Shown here piece after piece: positions 41,301 through 53,803 of a stretch of 64,000 nucleotides of DNA. Position 1 is the first letter of the stretch; every line of letters starts with the position of its first letter. Under the pieces are notes generated by a model, which ran no database searches, was not told the origin of the DNA, and saw only the letters and a list, made by a program, of their open reading frames with translations. Position numbers and translations under genes: made by a program. This DNA comes from Octopus bimaculoides (taxonomy: Eukaryota). The DNA is taken from positions 39,031,880 to 39,095,879 of the forward strand of contig NC_068991.1 in NCBI RefSeq assembly GCF_001194135.2, given 5' to 3'.

Positions 41301-44048
41301 AGGTAACAGTAACGTGATACAGAGAGAGAGAGAGAGAAAGACGGTTGGCAAAATAAAGAAATAAATAAACTCAAATTTATTACCAAGAAAAAGTGTGTGT
41401 ATATATATACACACACACACATATATACAAACATACATATATATATAAACTTTCAAAAGAAGGAAGACGAAAGAGATGCAGGAACTGAAGTGAAAAGACA
41501 AAAAGTGCCGAAGAGTTAGGCGAAGTTACTGAACTAATATAAACACTTAACGAGTATTCATAACCTTTAGAGTCCCGTCATACTAAAAACTGATTTATAT
41601 TTTATTTTTAACCTTTGATACATATACATATATATCCCATCTCTCCTCTTCATATATAAACCTATTTCGATAAAAAAAAATTAATCTAAACACAGGCACA
41701 AACACTATTATTATATTTCGAATCCAGTCATATCGCCTTCGCCTTTCGTCCTTTTGGGAATTGATAAAAATGATACTGTAATCCACTGAGTTCGATATAA
41801 TCGACTTTTTCTTCCCCTTATGTGCTGACTAGTTCTATACGATATTACAGATCCGTCATGCATAAATTTAAACTTTAACCTTTAACGAATTTTTCAGAAT
41901 AAAAATCTGCAAACTAAGAATTGTTCGGGAAAAAATCTCTGTATGGGTATATACACACACCAGATTTTATACATCAATGTACACAGATTTCTTTATTATA
42001 TACAAGTATTAATTTTTTAATTGTCTACACACGGGTCATGTTTGGACATTACGAAGTAGAAACATTTTATATGTCACAAATCAATTTGCAGACAATTTTC
42101 AAAATTTACCTCCTAAATTTTATTGCTTATGACAATAGCTTTGTTCTTAATATGTACAGTCATCAAAAATAAATCTAAACCGATATATTTAATGTATTTT
42201 CAAATCAGAAAATCAAATTGTACTTATTATTTTCTCTATTTCATTCTCCAAGTTAGGATTTCATAAGTTATGATTTAAAACACTTTGTATTCATTGAGTA
42301 AATTAAAGAGATTACGGTAAATGAAAACGAAAAAAATTCTGTTCACCACTGAGCGAATAATCAGTCTTCTTTCCTTTACAAGCAATAATTATACAAATTA
42401 TGGAGCTAAAATGGCTGAATTATTACCAGGATTGGATTTTATTGATTGCTTTCTGAATTTATCTGACCGTCACATATACTAGCAAAAGGTGTTTATTGTT
42501 AATAAAGAATTTTTTGATGTGTGTTTTATAACTATATAATGTTACCTACACATATCTTCCAGTACAGTTCATTATCTAGTAGCAACAGCACTTAGTAGAT
42601 ACCCCTACTAACAATTTAAACCCAGCCAAATGTCAGTTTAAACTACATTCCTTTTGTGCTAGTGATGCCTTTTTGTTCCCTTGAGTGAGTGATTAAGCAA
42701 TGGAAGTAGAATCGCTACAGCTTGTAATCAATACAGGATCATAGAAATTTATTGTCGCTATTTATTTATTTAATAGTAAACAGCTGTGAGACATTCAAAA
42801 TGGTAAAACTGCGCTGAAATTTCATGTAATTCTTGTTAAATACTAATTTGGAGCCTTAAACTTTTATTTATATAGACATGTTTAATATGTGAGTTTATGA
42901 GCACCCGTTCTATGATTATAGATATGTATACATAAATGCACATATATGTAATATACACACGTGTGCGTGTACTATATATATATATATATATATATATAGT
43001 ACACGCACACGTGTGTGTGTATTACACATATATATAACATTTGTGTATATACATTGATTTGTCTGCCAATACATTCATAAGTAGAAGCGACAGTAATTTT
43101 CTACATGTAAATATAATTCACCGTGATTAGGGTGGGGAAAGGGATGAGAGCCGGTAAGAGGCAGTATTTTTCTTGAATTCTTTATTTATTAAATGGCAAA
43201 ATGTTTTCCGACCATTCTCAGAATATAATAATGGCATGAGGGCAGCAATTTTGAGGGGAAGGGATTTGTTGCTACCATCGATCATATTGACTGGTGCTAT
43301 ATTTTATCAGAGGTGAAAGCCAAAGTTTTGACGTCGGCGAGATTTGAACTCAGAACACAAGAGTTGGAACAAAAATCCGCAAGGCCGACGCTCTAACAAC
43401 TTCGCCAGCTTGTCTGGAACATTTTTGCGGTTTATGAACAAAATTTGAAAGTGGAAACTATTATATACAATCAGCATTGAAATTTAAAAAAAAAAAAAAT
43501 TCACAATTGTAATCGCAGTATTTTTCTCTATATATACCTCTCAAATTGATTTTTGAAAAAAGGTTTTTCTCTTGANNNNNNNNNNNNNNNNNNNNNNNNN
43601 NNNNNNNNNNNNNNNNNNNNNNNNNNNNNNNNNNNNNNNNNNNNNNNNNNNNNNNNNNNNNNNNNNNNNNNNNNNNNNNNNNNNNNNNNNNNNNNNNNNN
43701 NNNNNNNNNNNNNNNNNNNNNNNNNNNNNNNNNNNNNNNNNNNNNNNNNNNNNNNNNNNNNNNNNNNNNNNNNNNNNNNNNNNNNNNNNNNNNNNNNNNN
43801 NNNNNNNNNNNNNNNNNNNNNNNNNNNNNNNNNNNNNNNNNNNNNNNNNNNNNNNNNNNNNNNNNNNNNNNNNNNNNNNNNNNNNNNNNNNNNNNNNNNN
43901 NNNNNNNNNNNNNNNNNNNNNNNNNNNNNNNNNNNNNNNNNNNNNNNNNNNNNNNNNNNNNNNNNNNNNNNNNNNNNNNNNNNNNNNNNNNNNNNNNNNN
44001 NNNNNNNNNNNNNNNNNNNNNNNNNNNNNNNNNNNNNNNNNNNNNNNN

Positions 44049-44109
<61 letters not shown>

Positions 44110-44339
44110 ATATATACATATGAACACTGTGTATACATAAGTACATTTATATACACATAAACATGATATATGTATAATATTTATAGATTATATTACATAT
44201 ATGTATATATTTATACATTGTGTTTATATATATATATATATCTCGGAAAAGCGGAAAATAAAAATAAGTAAAATCGTGTTTTCACACGTCTTATAGTAAT
44301 GTTCACCGAGGGTTAATAAAGATCCAAGTCCCAGGTTGA

Positions 44340-44430
44340 TCGTTAGGTCTCCGATTCTCTTTTTTTTTTCTTTCTTTCTTGCTCTCCCTAACAACACCTC
44401 TTATCTTCTATCTGGCTGCTTTGCGTGATG
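44340..44430 (+). other. Candidate first exon of a divergent plus-strand gene, ending ATG|gtgagt
   Basis: CpG-retaining region with a pyrimidine-rich leader, ATG at 44428-44430 and a strong GTGAGT donor at 44431. No downstream exon was identified. Confidence 0.35.
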
Positions 44431-44479
44431 GTGAGTATATTATGTTTGGGGTCCCCGTCTTTACGTTCCGTGTTTATCA

Positions 44480-44680
44480 CCGTGATGCTGGTGAAGATGA
44501 TGATGATGATGGTGATGATGACGGTGATGACGATACCGACGATGAAAATTACAATAGTAACAATAAAGGAAGAGGAGGACAGTAATAGTAGTAGTAGTAG
44601 TAGTAGTAAGAAGAAGAAGAAGAAAAAGACAATAATAGTCGTAGTAGTATAACAATCGGTAACAGCAGCAGCAGTGGGGG
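44480..44680. repeat. Mosaic trinucleotide microsatellite (GAT, AGT, AAG, GCA)
   Basis: Directly visible. Confidence 0.9.
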
Positions 44681-45349
44681 GTAGCGGTAAGAGTAAATAA
44701 GAATGTGGTGAAAGCCTTCGACAATAGACCACGTGACTAGCAACTGGAAAACGTCATAAGTGCAATAAAATGTAGCTGGCTGGCTGGCTGGTTGACTCGT
44801 CAGTTGTGTTTGCTTTTATCATTATCCTTGTTTACTTGTTATTGTTGTGCTGTTTTCTTTTTATTCATTTTCAATTATTTGTTGATTTGATTATTTATTC
44901 GTTCCATTGTCGGCGACTGCCACCACCTCTTCCTCCACCACAGCTATTTCTACAGTCAGAACTAGGTCGAAACTTGTAATTTTTATTTATGTTCTCACTT
45001 TTTCTGCATACCACCTTTTCGTTCTCTTCTCTTTCTCTTTTACTCTTTCTCTCTATATATATATACCTGTCTGTCTGTCTCTCTTTTCTCTGGCCTGTTG
45101 AACTCTCTCTCTCCTGACCTTATTTTCTTCATTCACAATCTTTTCACATTTACACACTTGTATTCACACACACACACACACACACACACATAAATTATAG
45201 GGTAGCAAAAAATTTTTAGAAATTTTATTTAAATGAATTATATATATATATATATATATATATACATGTTTTCTCTTTTACAAATCCAGAAACGTGAACG
45301 TTTTTCTGTTATTTTATGAGTATATTTTTAAGAAATATTTTTCTTATAT

Positions 45350-45715
45350 AGGTGCAGGAGTGGCTGTGTGGTAAGTAGCTTGCTTACCAACCGCAAGGTC
45401 CCTGGTTCAATCCCTCTGTGTAGCACCTTGGGCAAATGTCTTCTACTATAGCCACGGGCCGACCAAAGCATTGTGAGTGGATTTGGTAGATGGAAGCTGT
45501 ATATATATGTCTTTGTTGTGTGTCTGTGTTTGTCGCCCAACATCGCTTGACAACCGATGCTGGTGTGTTTACGTCCGCGTAACTTAACGGTTCGGCAAAA
45601 GAGCCGATAGAATAAGTGTTAGGCTTCCAAAGAATAAGCTGTGGAGTTGATTTGCTCAACTAAAGGCGGTTCTCCAGCATGGCCGCAGTCAAATGACTGA
45701 AACAAGTAAAAGAGT
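45350..45715 (+). mobile_element. SINE family A, CpG-intact full copy
   Basis: Complete head-to-tail copy. Confidence 0.85.
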
Positions 45716-47605
45716 GAGTGTTTATTGAATTTGTGTTTTCATTTAAATATAAATCCTGTTTATATATATATAAATGTTGCTTTTGCATCTTTCTTACATT
45801 ATGAATGTATATACGTATTTGTGTAATATCTATCTATCTATATGTATAAGCCTCAGACGGCAATTAATAGATCAATTAATAACAGGTCATTCGACTCCAA
45901 TGTATAACACAAAGTTCATACTTTGTTCGACGACTGATTCATTAAGATAAACATTACTAAATGTGAAATTTACATAATTTGGTCAATTATCACAATTATG
46001 ACATTATAAATTTAGTTATGTTTATCACAATGAAACTGCAGTTGAGCACAAAACTCGAACTATTATGCATGTATTGATATATTGCATTTCTTTTGCAAGA
46101 TTCTTGAAGTGAAACTGTTAAAATGGGCTTGTCATTATGGATGGTCATTATGCCAATAAAATTGTTCATCATGTTCCTTAGTAAATTAATTTAGTCTCTA
46201 AAAGAACATAAACAGTTTGATTTGGAATGGAATATTCTATCTATGTCCTTTCCTTATGATAAAGGTAAATCTTTTTGTTCGCTCTGTAACGATGAACTAT
46301 ATTTCATCCTGTTTTCAGAGAATCCTCTTGTAAGCATGTTTAAAGAACGCATTTATCGTTGCAAACATTGGCAAAAACATACCTTTAGTTCCTATAAGTG
46401 ATTTATACCAGTCTATAAAATTCGATCTTTAACATTGCACTTCCACTAGATATATCTAATTCCATGCCTTTAATCTTTATTCCTATTCACCTATCGCACT
46501 ATATTTCTCCACTTTTAGTTTTCTGCTAATTTCTTTCTTCCTCTTTCTATAAATTACCTTTGACATTATATCTATTAACGGTCTTTTTAAAAAATAACTT
46601 ATCAGCGTTCCCTTCATCATATATGCAGTAATCGTATTCATTAAAATGTCTTATTGATGCGTTTTGTTTCTCTTTTTTCCCCTGATGAGAAGATTGCATT
46701 GTTTTACATCATTTTATTCCTTCTGGAATAATACCAATGTTTTCTTTGAAACATATGTCAGAAGTATAAAGATTTGAATAACACCTGTGTTTAACTCCAT
46801 CTATTTATTTATCTATGTTATACAAAAACACTTTACCAAAATTCTACCTTTATAAGTACGCTGTTACATTCTTGGTACTTATGTGTATTTCTGCTACCTC
46901 TTACTCTCTCTTTTACTTGTTTCAGTCATTTGACTGCGGCCATGCTGGAGCACCGCCTTTAGTCGAGAAAATCGACCCCAGTACTTATTCTATCAGTCTC
47001 TTTGCCAAACCGCTAAGTTACGGGGACATAAACACACCAGCATCAGTTGTCAAGCAATGGTGGGGGGGACAAACACAGACACATAAACACACATACATAT
47101 ATATATACATATATACGACAGGCTTCTTTCAGTTTCCGTCTACCAAATCCACTCACAAGGCTTTGGTTGGCCCTAGGCTATAGTAGAAGACACTTGCCCA
47201 AAGTGCCATGCAGTGGGACTGAACCCGGTACCATGTAGTTGGTAAGCAAGCTAGGTAACTGTTTATTTTTTTTTTCCATGTTATTTGTAAACATTGAAAA
47301 AATATACATACACATATACATACATGCATACGTGTATATATATATATATATATATATACTCTTTTACTTGTTTCAGTCATTTGATTGTGGCCACGCTGGA
47401 GCACCGCCCCCAGTCAAGCAAATCTACCCCAGGGCCCAGTACTTATTCCATCAGTTGTCAAGCAGTGTTGGGGGCACAAGCACAGACACACAAACATGTA
47501 CACACACATACATACATATATATATATATATGACGGGCTTCTTTCAGTTTCTGTCTACCAAATCCACTCACAAATCTGAAATGTATAGTATTAAATATCC
47601 ATCAC

Positions 47606-47697
47606 GGCTGGTCTTACCTGTTGGTTTCACATAAAGAATACAATGCAGTGTTAGGTAACAAACTCATTATATAACTTTATGCCCCTCAGAGTTAGCT
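47606..47697 (-). ncRNA. Inverted, core-mutated copy of the 48.7-kb hammerhead
   Basis: Reverse complement gives stem II GCATAAAG/CTTTATGT, GAAA, ACC-AACA-GGT and GUA, but the core reads CTGAGGG. Confidence 0.6.
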
Positions 47698-48699
47698 GAT
47701 ATGGAAGGGAATATGGTGACTACTCTCTATTGTCGGAGGTGGATTAGCACAACCGGTCAGCAGCTGCTGTGAAAAAGGTGGTGGAACAAAAAGGGGCCAG
47801 GGGATTAGATTAGGAGTTATGTCCTTGATTGGGTATACTGTGAAGCTGTCACATGTATAATTTTTTCTGGGGGTGTAGGCATATATAGCTGTATTTGTTG
47901 GTCTGTTTTCTTTCTCTAAAGGATAAAGTCGTGGTTGGGCGGTTATGTTAACGTGTAGGGTGTAATGTGTGTGGGGGTGGTGTTAGACAGTTTATTCTGT
48001 AGAGTGTTCGCCTTATAGGGGTGTGTGCGTGTATGTACATGGGTGCCTTGGTGTGTGCTTTGGTCAAACTCTTTTTGCCAGGCTCAAGGGCATTCATGGA
48101 AGTTCATTTACGGAAGGTCAAGGTGGGGGATCTGTGGTTGCAGTCATGGTGGGGCACTCAAGAATGATAGAATGTACAAAAAAGTACGATAGAATGCACA
48201 AAAAGGTACCCAATGCCTGGATGTTTACCTGAATAGTAGGTGTGAAGTGTTTAATCTTTGCTCTCATAAAAGGAAGTACATTCTATCGTACCTGCGTGCT
48301 CCTCTATGACTGCAACCACAGGTGCCCCACCTTGACCTTCCACAAATGGCCTTCCACCAATGCCCTTGAGCCTGGCAGAAAGAGTTTGACCAAAGCACAA
48401 GAAAACAGACCAATGAACACAGCTATACATACCTACAACCCCAGAAAAAATTATTTTTGCAACACTGCTACACATACCACACACCCTATCCCCACAGGAG
48501 CAACACATTAATAATACACACTTTTCCCACTTTAAGATAACTCTTGCCAGCTTCACAGCATATCCAGCCAAGGGACATAACTCCTAATCTAATCCCCTGA
48601 CCCCTTTTTGTTCCACCACCTTTTTCACAGCAGCCACTAAACAGTTGTGCTAATCCACCTCCAACAATAGAGAGCAGTCGCGATATTCCCTTCCATATC

Positions 48700-48795
48700 G
48701 GCTAACTCTGATGAGCGTAAAGTTATATAATCAGTTTGTTACCTACCAAACACTCCACTGTATTCTGTATGTGAAACCAATTGGTAAGATCAGCC
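48700..48795 (+). ncRNA. Type I hammerhead ribozyme with canonical core
   Basis: CTGATGA 48708-48714; stem II GCGTAAAG/CTGTATGT; GAAA 48773-48776; stem III ACC-AATT-GGT; GUA triplet 48784-48786; stem I ggct-aa-ct/ag-atc-agcc with an internal loop. Confidence 0.78.
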
Positions 48796-48919
48796 AAGAT
48801 GGATATTTAATACTATACATATATACCTACTCTACTGACAGATATACGAGTGCATCTTTTCCCTGACTTATGGTCTCTTAGATGAGTTGCACACGTATAT
48901 ATATATATATATATATATA

Positions 48920-50162
48920 CAGGGTGCGTAAGGACAGATTTATGTTTATAATGAAACATTTATAATAACAGATAATAACTTTATCAAAAAATGCTATAAA
49001 GATAAAAGTAAACCTTTTCTATAATGTTATTCAATAAAGCCACCTTCACCTTCAACAACTGCTTCTATATGACATCTAAATCATCTACATGCTCGAATCA
49101 AATGGTCCTGGTTTATTTTGGACATTATTCTGACTATGGCAGCTTTCAAAGTATCTTTGGTGTTATGGGCATCTTCATTGACCTCTCTCTCAACAACACA
49201 CCATATGTAATAGTCCAATGGATTGAGATCTGGAGAATTAGGAGGTCAAATGTTAGAGGTTATGTGATCACGAAAATTTTCAGCCATCCATTCCTGTGTT
49301 ACTAGAGCCATGTGTAGATAATACAGAGTCTTACTGAAACATATAGGGCCTTCCATTGCATACACTGTCTATCTAGGGCTTAACAATTATTTCCAGAACC
49401 GTAATGTAGGTGGCAGAGTTAACTCTAAGGCCTTGGGAAAAGAAGTAAGAGGCGACACATGTCCTTCATTGCTAACAAGCCCTAAAACCATGACAGTTGC
49501 AGGAAATTTTGTATAGATAACACTTGGAACTTCAGAAGGGTCTGCATATAACCATCTGTCATTTCTTCTGTTAACTTTTTGATCTTGGTTGAAGTTTTTC
49601 TTGTTTGAGAAAAACCAAATCAGATCTTCTTCTGCTGGATTTCTCAGTTTGTTTGAGAGCTATTTAGATCAGATGTGATTTTCTTTCACTTTTTCCGACA
49701 AATTGACCTTTACTCATCATATCAGACTTATATCTGATGTCTTCATGGACAACATTTTTGACTGTTCCTTCTGACACATGGAGATCTTTTGCAATTGACC
49801 TCATGGACTTTCTGGGATTGTAATCAACGGTCTGTTGAAGTTGCTGAATAAATTCAGATGTTCTGATGATTTCAGAGCATTTAGAATGCTTTTTATGCTT
49901 TGATACTGGTGATACGTTTCCATCTTCAGTCTCTAGCTCCTTACAAACTTGTAGATGAAAGATCTGGCAACTTTTAAAAATTGAGATATTTCTAAATTGC
50001 TATGTTCAGCCTTTATAACCACAATAACAGCATACCTCTTCATTTCTTGAGTAAGCTGAAGGTCTAGCATTATTATTTTCTGAAACAAAGATTATACAGA
50101 GTTAGTAAAAAATGCAGCAATGACCCGGAAAAAGTATGTCCTCAAATACCTTACACATCCTG
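48920..50162 (-). mobile_element. Near full-length decayed Tc1/mariner element (maT/DD37D-like)
   Basis: TIRs cagggtgcgtaagg and caggatgtgtaagg. Reverse-strand transposase from 50043 (MKRYAVIVVIKAEHSNLEISQFLKVARS) with PYMFQ*DS and *PPNSPDLNPLDYYIW. Clade assignment is inferred. Confidence 0.85.
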
Positions 50163-50199
50163 TGTGTGTGTGTATATATATATATGTATATATATGCTG

Positions 50200-50530
50200 C
50201 TGAGACCCCCTTCGGTCATGACTGATCGTGGGATTGCACCTAGAAAGTTATCTTCCCAGGCACAAGTCAGAGCAAGGTTGTTTATGGAAGACCAGCAGTC
50301 GCCCATACATACCGGCCTCCCCTCTCCACGCCACCAGTGTTATCCAAGGGAAAGGCAAAGGCCGATACAGCTTGGCACCTGTGACGTCGCAACTCGTTTC
50401 TACAGCTGAGTGAACTGGAGCAATGTGAAATAAAGTGTCTTGCTGAAGAACACAGCCCAGTCCGCGATTCAAACTCACAACCTCATGATCGTAAGCTCGA
50501 CGGTCTAACCACTGAGCCATGTGCCTTCTC
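50200..50530 (-). mobile_element. tRNA-derived SINE family C
   Basis: Head tggctcagtggttaga...gagtttgaatc and central ttgctccagttcactcagctgtagaa domain. Other copies at about 19895-20195(-), 32135-32440(+), 61485-61725(-). Confidence 0.8.
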
Positions 50531-51049
50531 TCTCTCTATATATATATACCTTCTCCTTGACTTACGACCGACTGACAGGTTGTAAGTTGATCTGGTCGTA
50601 TGTCGGATTTATATTTTTCAACACTATTTACATTCAAACGGGTTATAAAAATATAAAACACAAAAATTTGATCCATAATCTTATCTATAAAAGGCAGATT
50701 TTTCTCTGTGTGTGTGTATTTCATGTGATTCATTTGGAAGCTAGCTAAACTGAAGAGGTGATAAATGGCCTGCTCACCTAACCAGTGGGATGGCTTCAAC
50801 TTGAAAGCTAAAATAATGCAAAGAAATGGGCCTCAGTAATACAATCAGGATCAAATCAATCTTGGCTAATTAACTTAGAAGGACCTTCACTTATCTTAAG
50901 TGAGCAGGTTACTCTGAAAGAATATGTAAATATTCCAGATTCTTCAACTGGTTTGTATAGCAGTTCACACAAAATTAAACAGTTGTTTATTGATCTTAGG
51001 CATCCTGTAAATCCTTATATGTATCATTTGTACAATTGGTACATATTAT

Positions 51050-52113
51050 GCTGGGTTCCCAGCCAAATGTTTTTTCATTTTGGGTAACAAATGATAGTCA
51101 GATGGGGCCAAATTAGGAGAATAGGGAGGGTGATCAACCAGTTCAAAGTCACAGTCATGCACAGCTGTCATTGAAGACAAGGACTTGTGTACTGGAGCAT
51201 TGGTCTGATGAAACAAGACCCCCTTTCACCAGTTTTCCTGGGTGTTTGATCTTATAGCCTTTCATAACTGCCTCAGCAATTGGCATAACACTTTCCATTG
51301 ATAGTGTGGCCCTTTTGAAGATCGATGTTAAACACAATGCCTTTTGCATCCCAAAAAACAGGCCATCTGCTTCCCTGCAGATGAAATGACCTTAGCTTTG
51401 TTTGGAGCAGGTAAGGATGAGTGTTTCCACTGCATGGATTGTCTCTTTGTCACTGGTTCAAAGTAACAATGCCAACAATCATCCTGGGTTAGATGTTCAA
51501 AGAAAACTGCTAGATCTGTTTCAAACAATATCAGATTTCCCTGTGATGTGATCAGCTTGGTGCGCTTTTGATCAAGTCTCAGAAGATGTAGCAGCCACTG
51601 AGAAGAAACCTTCATCATACCAAGTGCAGAATATTCTCAACTCCCTCACAGGATATGCTAATAGCATTGGCTATTTGATTGATAGTCAATTGCTTGTCAT
51701 GCATCAACATGTGGTGAATATGATCAATGTATTCCTCAGAGTAGCAGTTGCAGGACATCCATGTCATGGGTCATCTTTAAGACTCTCCCTTCCTCTCCTA
51801 AATTTAGCTGTCCATTTGATAAAGCTGGAACATCATCCCCTAATGTAGCAACCATGTCAGTATGAATGTCCTTGGAGGCTAAACTCTTTTTCTGCATGTA
51901 CTTGATAACACCACAATGCCAAATTTTGTCCATTTTCAAGAAACGTCACTACCAGTTACTTTTGAAGTCTTTGAACAGTCAGATATCAGTGTACTTGGAA
52001 AGAAACAATGCAGTTATTAATAATGGGGGCTGAAATAAATGCTTCCAAGATTAAGGCTTGTTCTACTATTGCTCCTTCATAGTCAGCCTATGAACTTTCA
52101 GTCCCACCCTCAT
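51050..52113 (-). mobile_element. Mariner (DD34D-type) transposase pseudogene, one end truncated
   Basis: MDKIWHCGVIKYMQKK...; KVSSQWLLHLL...TQDDCWHCYFEPVTKRQSMQWKH; HPPYSPNLAPSD-like motif at about 51090-51135; TIR at 52085-52113. Confidence 0.9.
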
Positions 52114-53167
52114 ATGTTGACAATAAGGAGAGTTGTATCTATAACAGGGGACCTGAAGTTAAAAATGGAGCCCTAAATTAAAAGCCTTGCCATTTTATTG
52201 AATTATAATTATTTTTATGGATACAAGCTCTTTATTTCAAGAACCAATATATATGAATCTGCAAACTACAGATGGGGTAATGAAAATAAAGATTTCATTA
52301 TGTATTGCTTTACCTAAAGCTTGATATTTAGCTAAAAGTTCGTGTGTTTAAGCCTTTAGATGTGTTTAAGCCAGTTTAAACTGGCAATATTAGGCCCAAA
52401 TATTCAATGTTTTACATTCAAACTGGCCAAATCTAGTCTCCCACACATAACTACATTGACATTCTAAAAAATTAACAATCACATCATCAAAACCTCAAAA
52501 CTTAAGATAATGTATGATTGATTCAAAATAATTTGAACAAAAAAGCTTTACATTTAACAAAGTAATCTGAACATGAAAAGGTTAAAACATTTTAAAGTTT
52601 AACCTTGATGTACAGTGGTTTAAACATAGTAAATTATGCCACCATCATCATTTTAACGTCCCCCCCCTTTCCATACTTGCATTGGTCAGATAGAATTCAT
52701 CGACACAAATTTTCTATATCCAGATGCCCTTCCTGTCACCAATTCTTGTTTCCAAGCAAATTATATTTGTCCTGTGGCTGGATATGTTTTTATGGAAGAT
52801 TGGACACAAGTGAGGTAACACTCATTTACGACTATCATGTGATATCAAAGTGAGGAGGCACATTTGCACAGACATACGAGAGGGTGCTGAAAAGTTCTTG
52901 GCTTTGAGTAAAAGAAAACACAGGAGGATCAGTTAATTATGATTTTATTCAACATATTCCCCTCTCAGATTCACATACTTATTGCAGCAGTCCTTCATTT
53001 TTTCTAAGCCCTGTGGGCCTATGGCATAGTGGTTAAGAGCGCGGGCTGCTAACCCCAAGATTCCAAGTTCAATTCCAAGCAGTGACCTGAGCAATAATAA
53101 TAATAAGAATAATAACAATATCGAAGAATACCTTAGGAATGAGAACCCAGGTTCGAAATTTCCCCAA

Positions 53168-53203
53168 GATACCTGAAGAAGGCTGGAGGGTATATCAGCC
53201 AAA
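53168..53203 (+). ncRNA. Disrupted hammerhead, copy 2
   Basis: CTGAAGA and stem II are present. The GAAAC-GTT half is replaced by a 94-nt copy of nearby DNA. Confidence 0.55.
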
Positions 53204-53757
53204 ATATTTGCCCTGTGGCTGGATATGTTTTTATGGAAGATTGGACACAAGTGAGGTAACGCTCATTTACAACTATCATGTGATATCAAAATGAGGACAA
53301 ACAAGATGAGGACAAATATCCGTCGAATATAAATAATGTACATAATTCCTCATCTCTTAAATATAGAACTGCATTATCTAATCGGTACGGAGCTGACATT
53401 AGACTTCAATGGAGACATATAGAGAAACTCCATCAAAAACGTAGCTCGTCTTTCAAACCATCTTTCTTATATAGATGTAGAGATCCGAAGCTAATACCAC
53501 CTGGCTTGAATATAATGACACCAGTTGATTCATATAAAGCTAAAAGAGTAGCGGAAAGGGCAGGACATGCCCTCGTCCATGAGAGAATCCATTACAACTG
53601 AGCCCACGGGCATATGGCGTAGTGGTTAAGAGCATGGGCTACTAATCCCAAGATTCCGAGTTTGATTCCAAGCAGTGACCTGAACAATAATAATAATAAT
53701 AATAACAACATCGAAGAATACCTTAGGAATGAGAACCCAGGTTCGAAATTTCCCCAA

Positions 53758-53803
53758 GACACCTGAAGAAGGCTGGAGGGTATATCAGCCGAAATGTTAT
53801 GTT
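53758..53803 (+). ncRNA. Degenerate hammerhead, copy 3
   Basis: CTGAAGA-A-GGCTG/CAGCC-GAAA is intact. Stem III C is changed to T and stem I is weakened (GTGT to ATGT). Confidence 0.6.

Larger units (their letters stand above)
47581..48820. mobile_element. 1.24-kb imperfect inverted repeat of a second hammerhead-bearing element (PLE terminal repeat or retrozyme-like)
   Basis: Arms about 47581-48180 and 48272-48820 are reverse complements with indels; for example atgtatagtattaaatatccatc at 47581 pairs with gatggatatttaatactatacat ending at 48820. It truncates a SINE at 47575. Confidence 0.85.

Noticed and set aside
44379-44743. Acidic or poly-amino-acid ORFs (also 59652-60484)
   Set aside because: Trinucleotide microsatellites, open in several frames on both strands.
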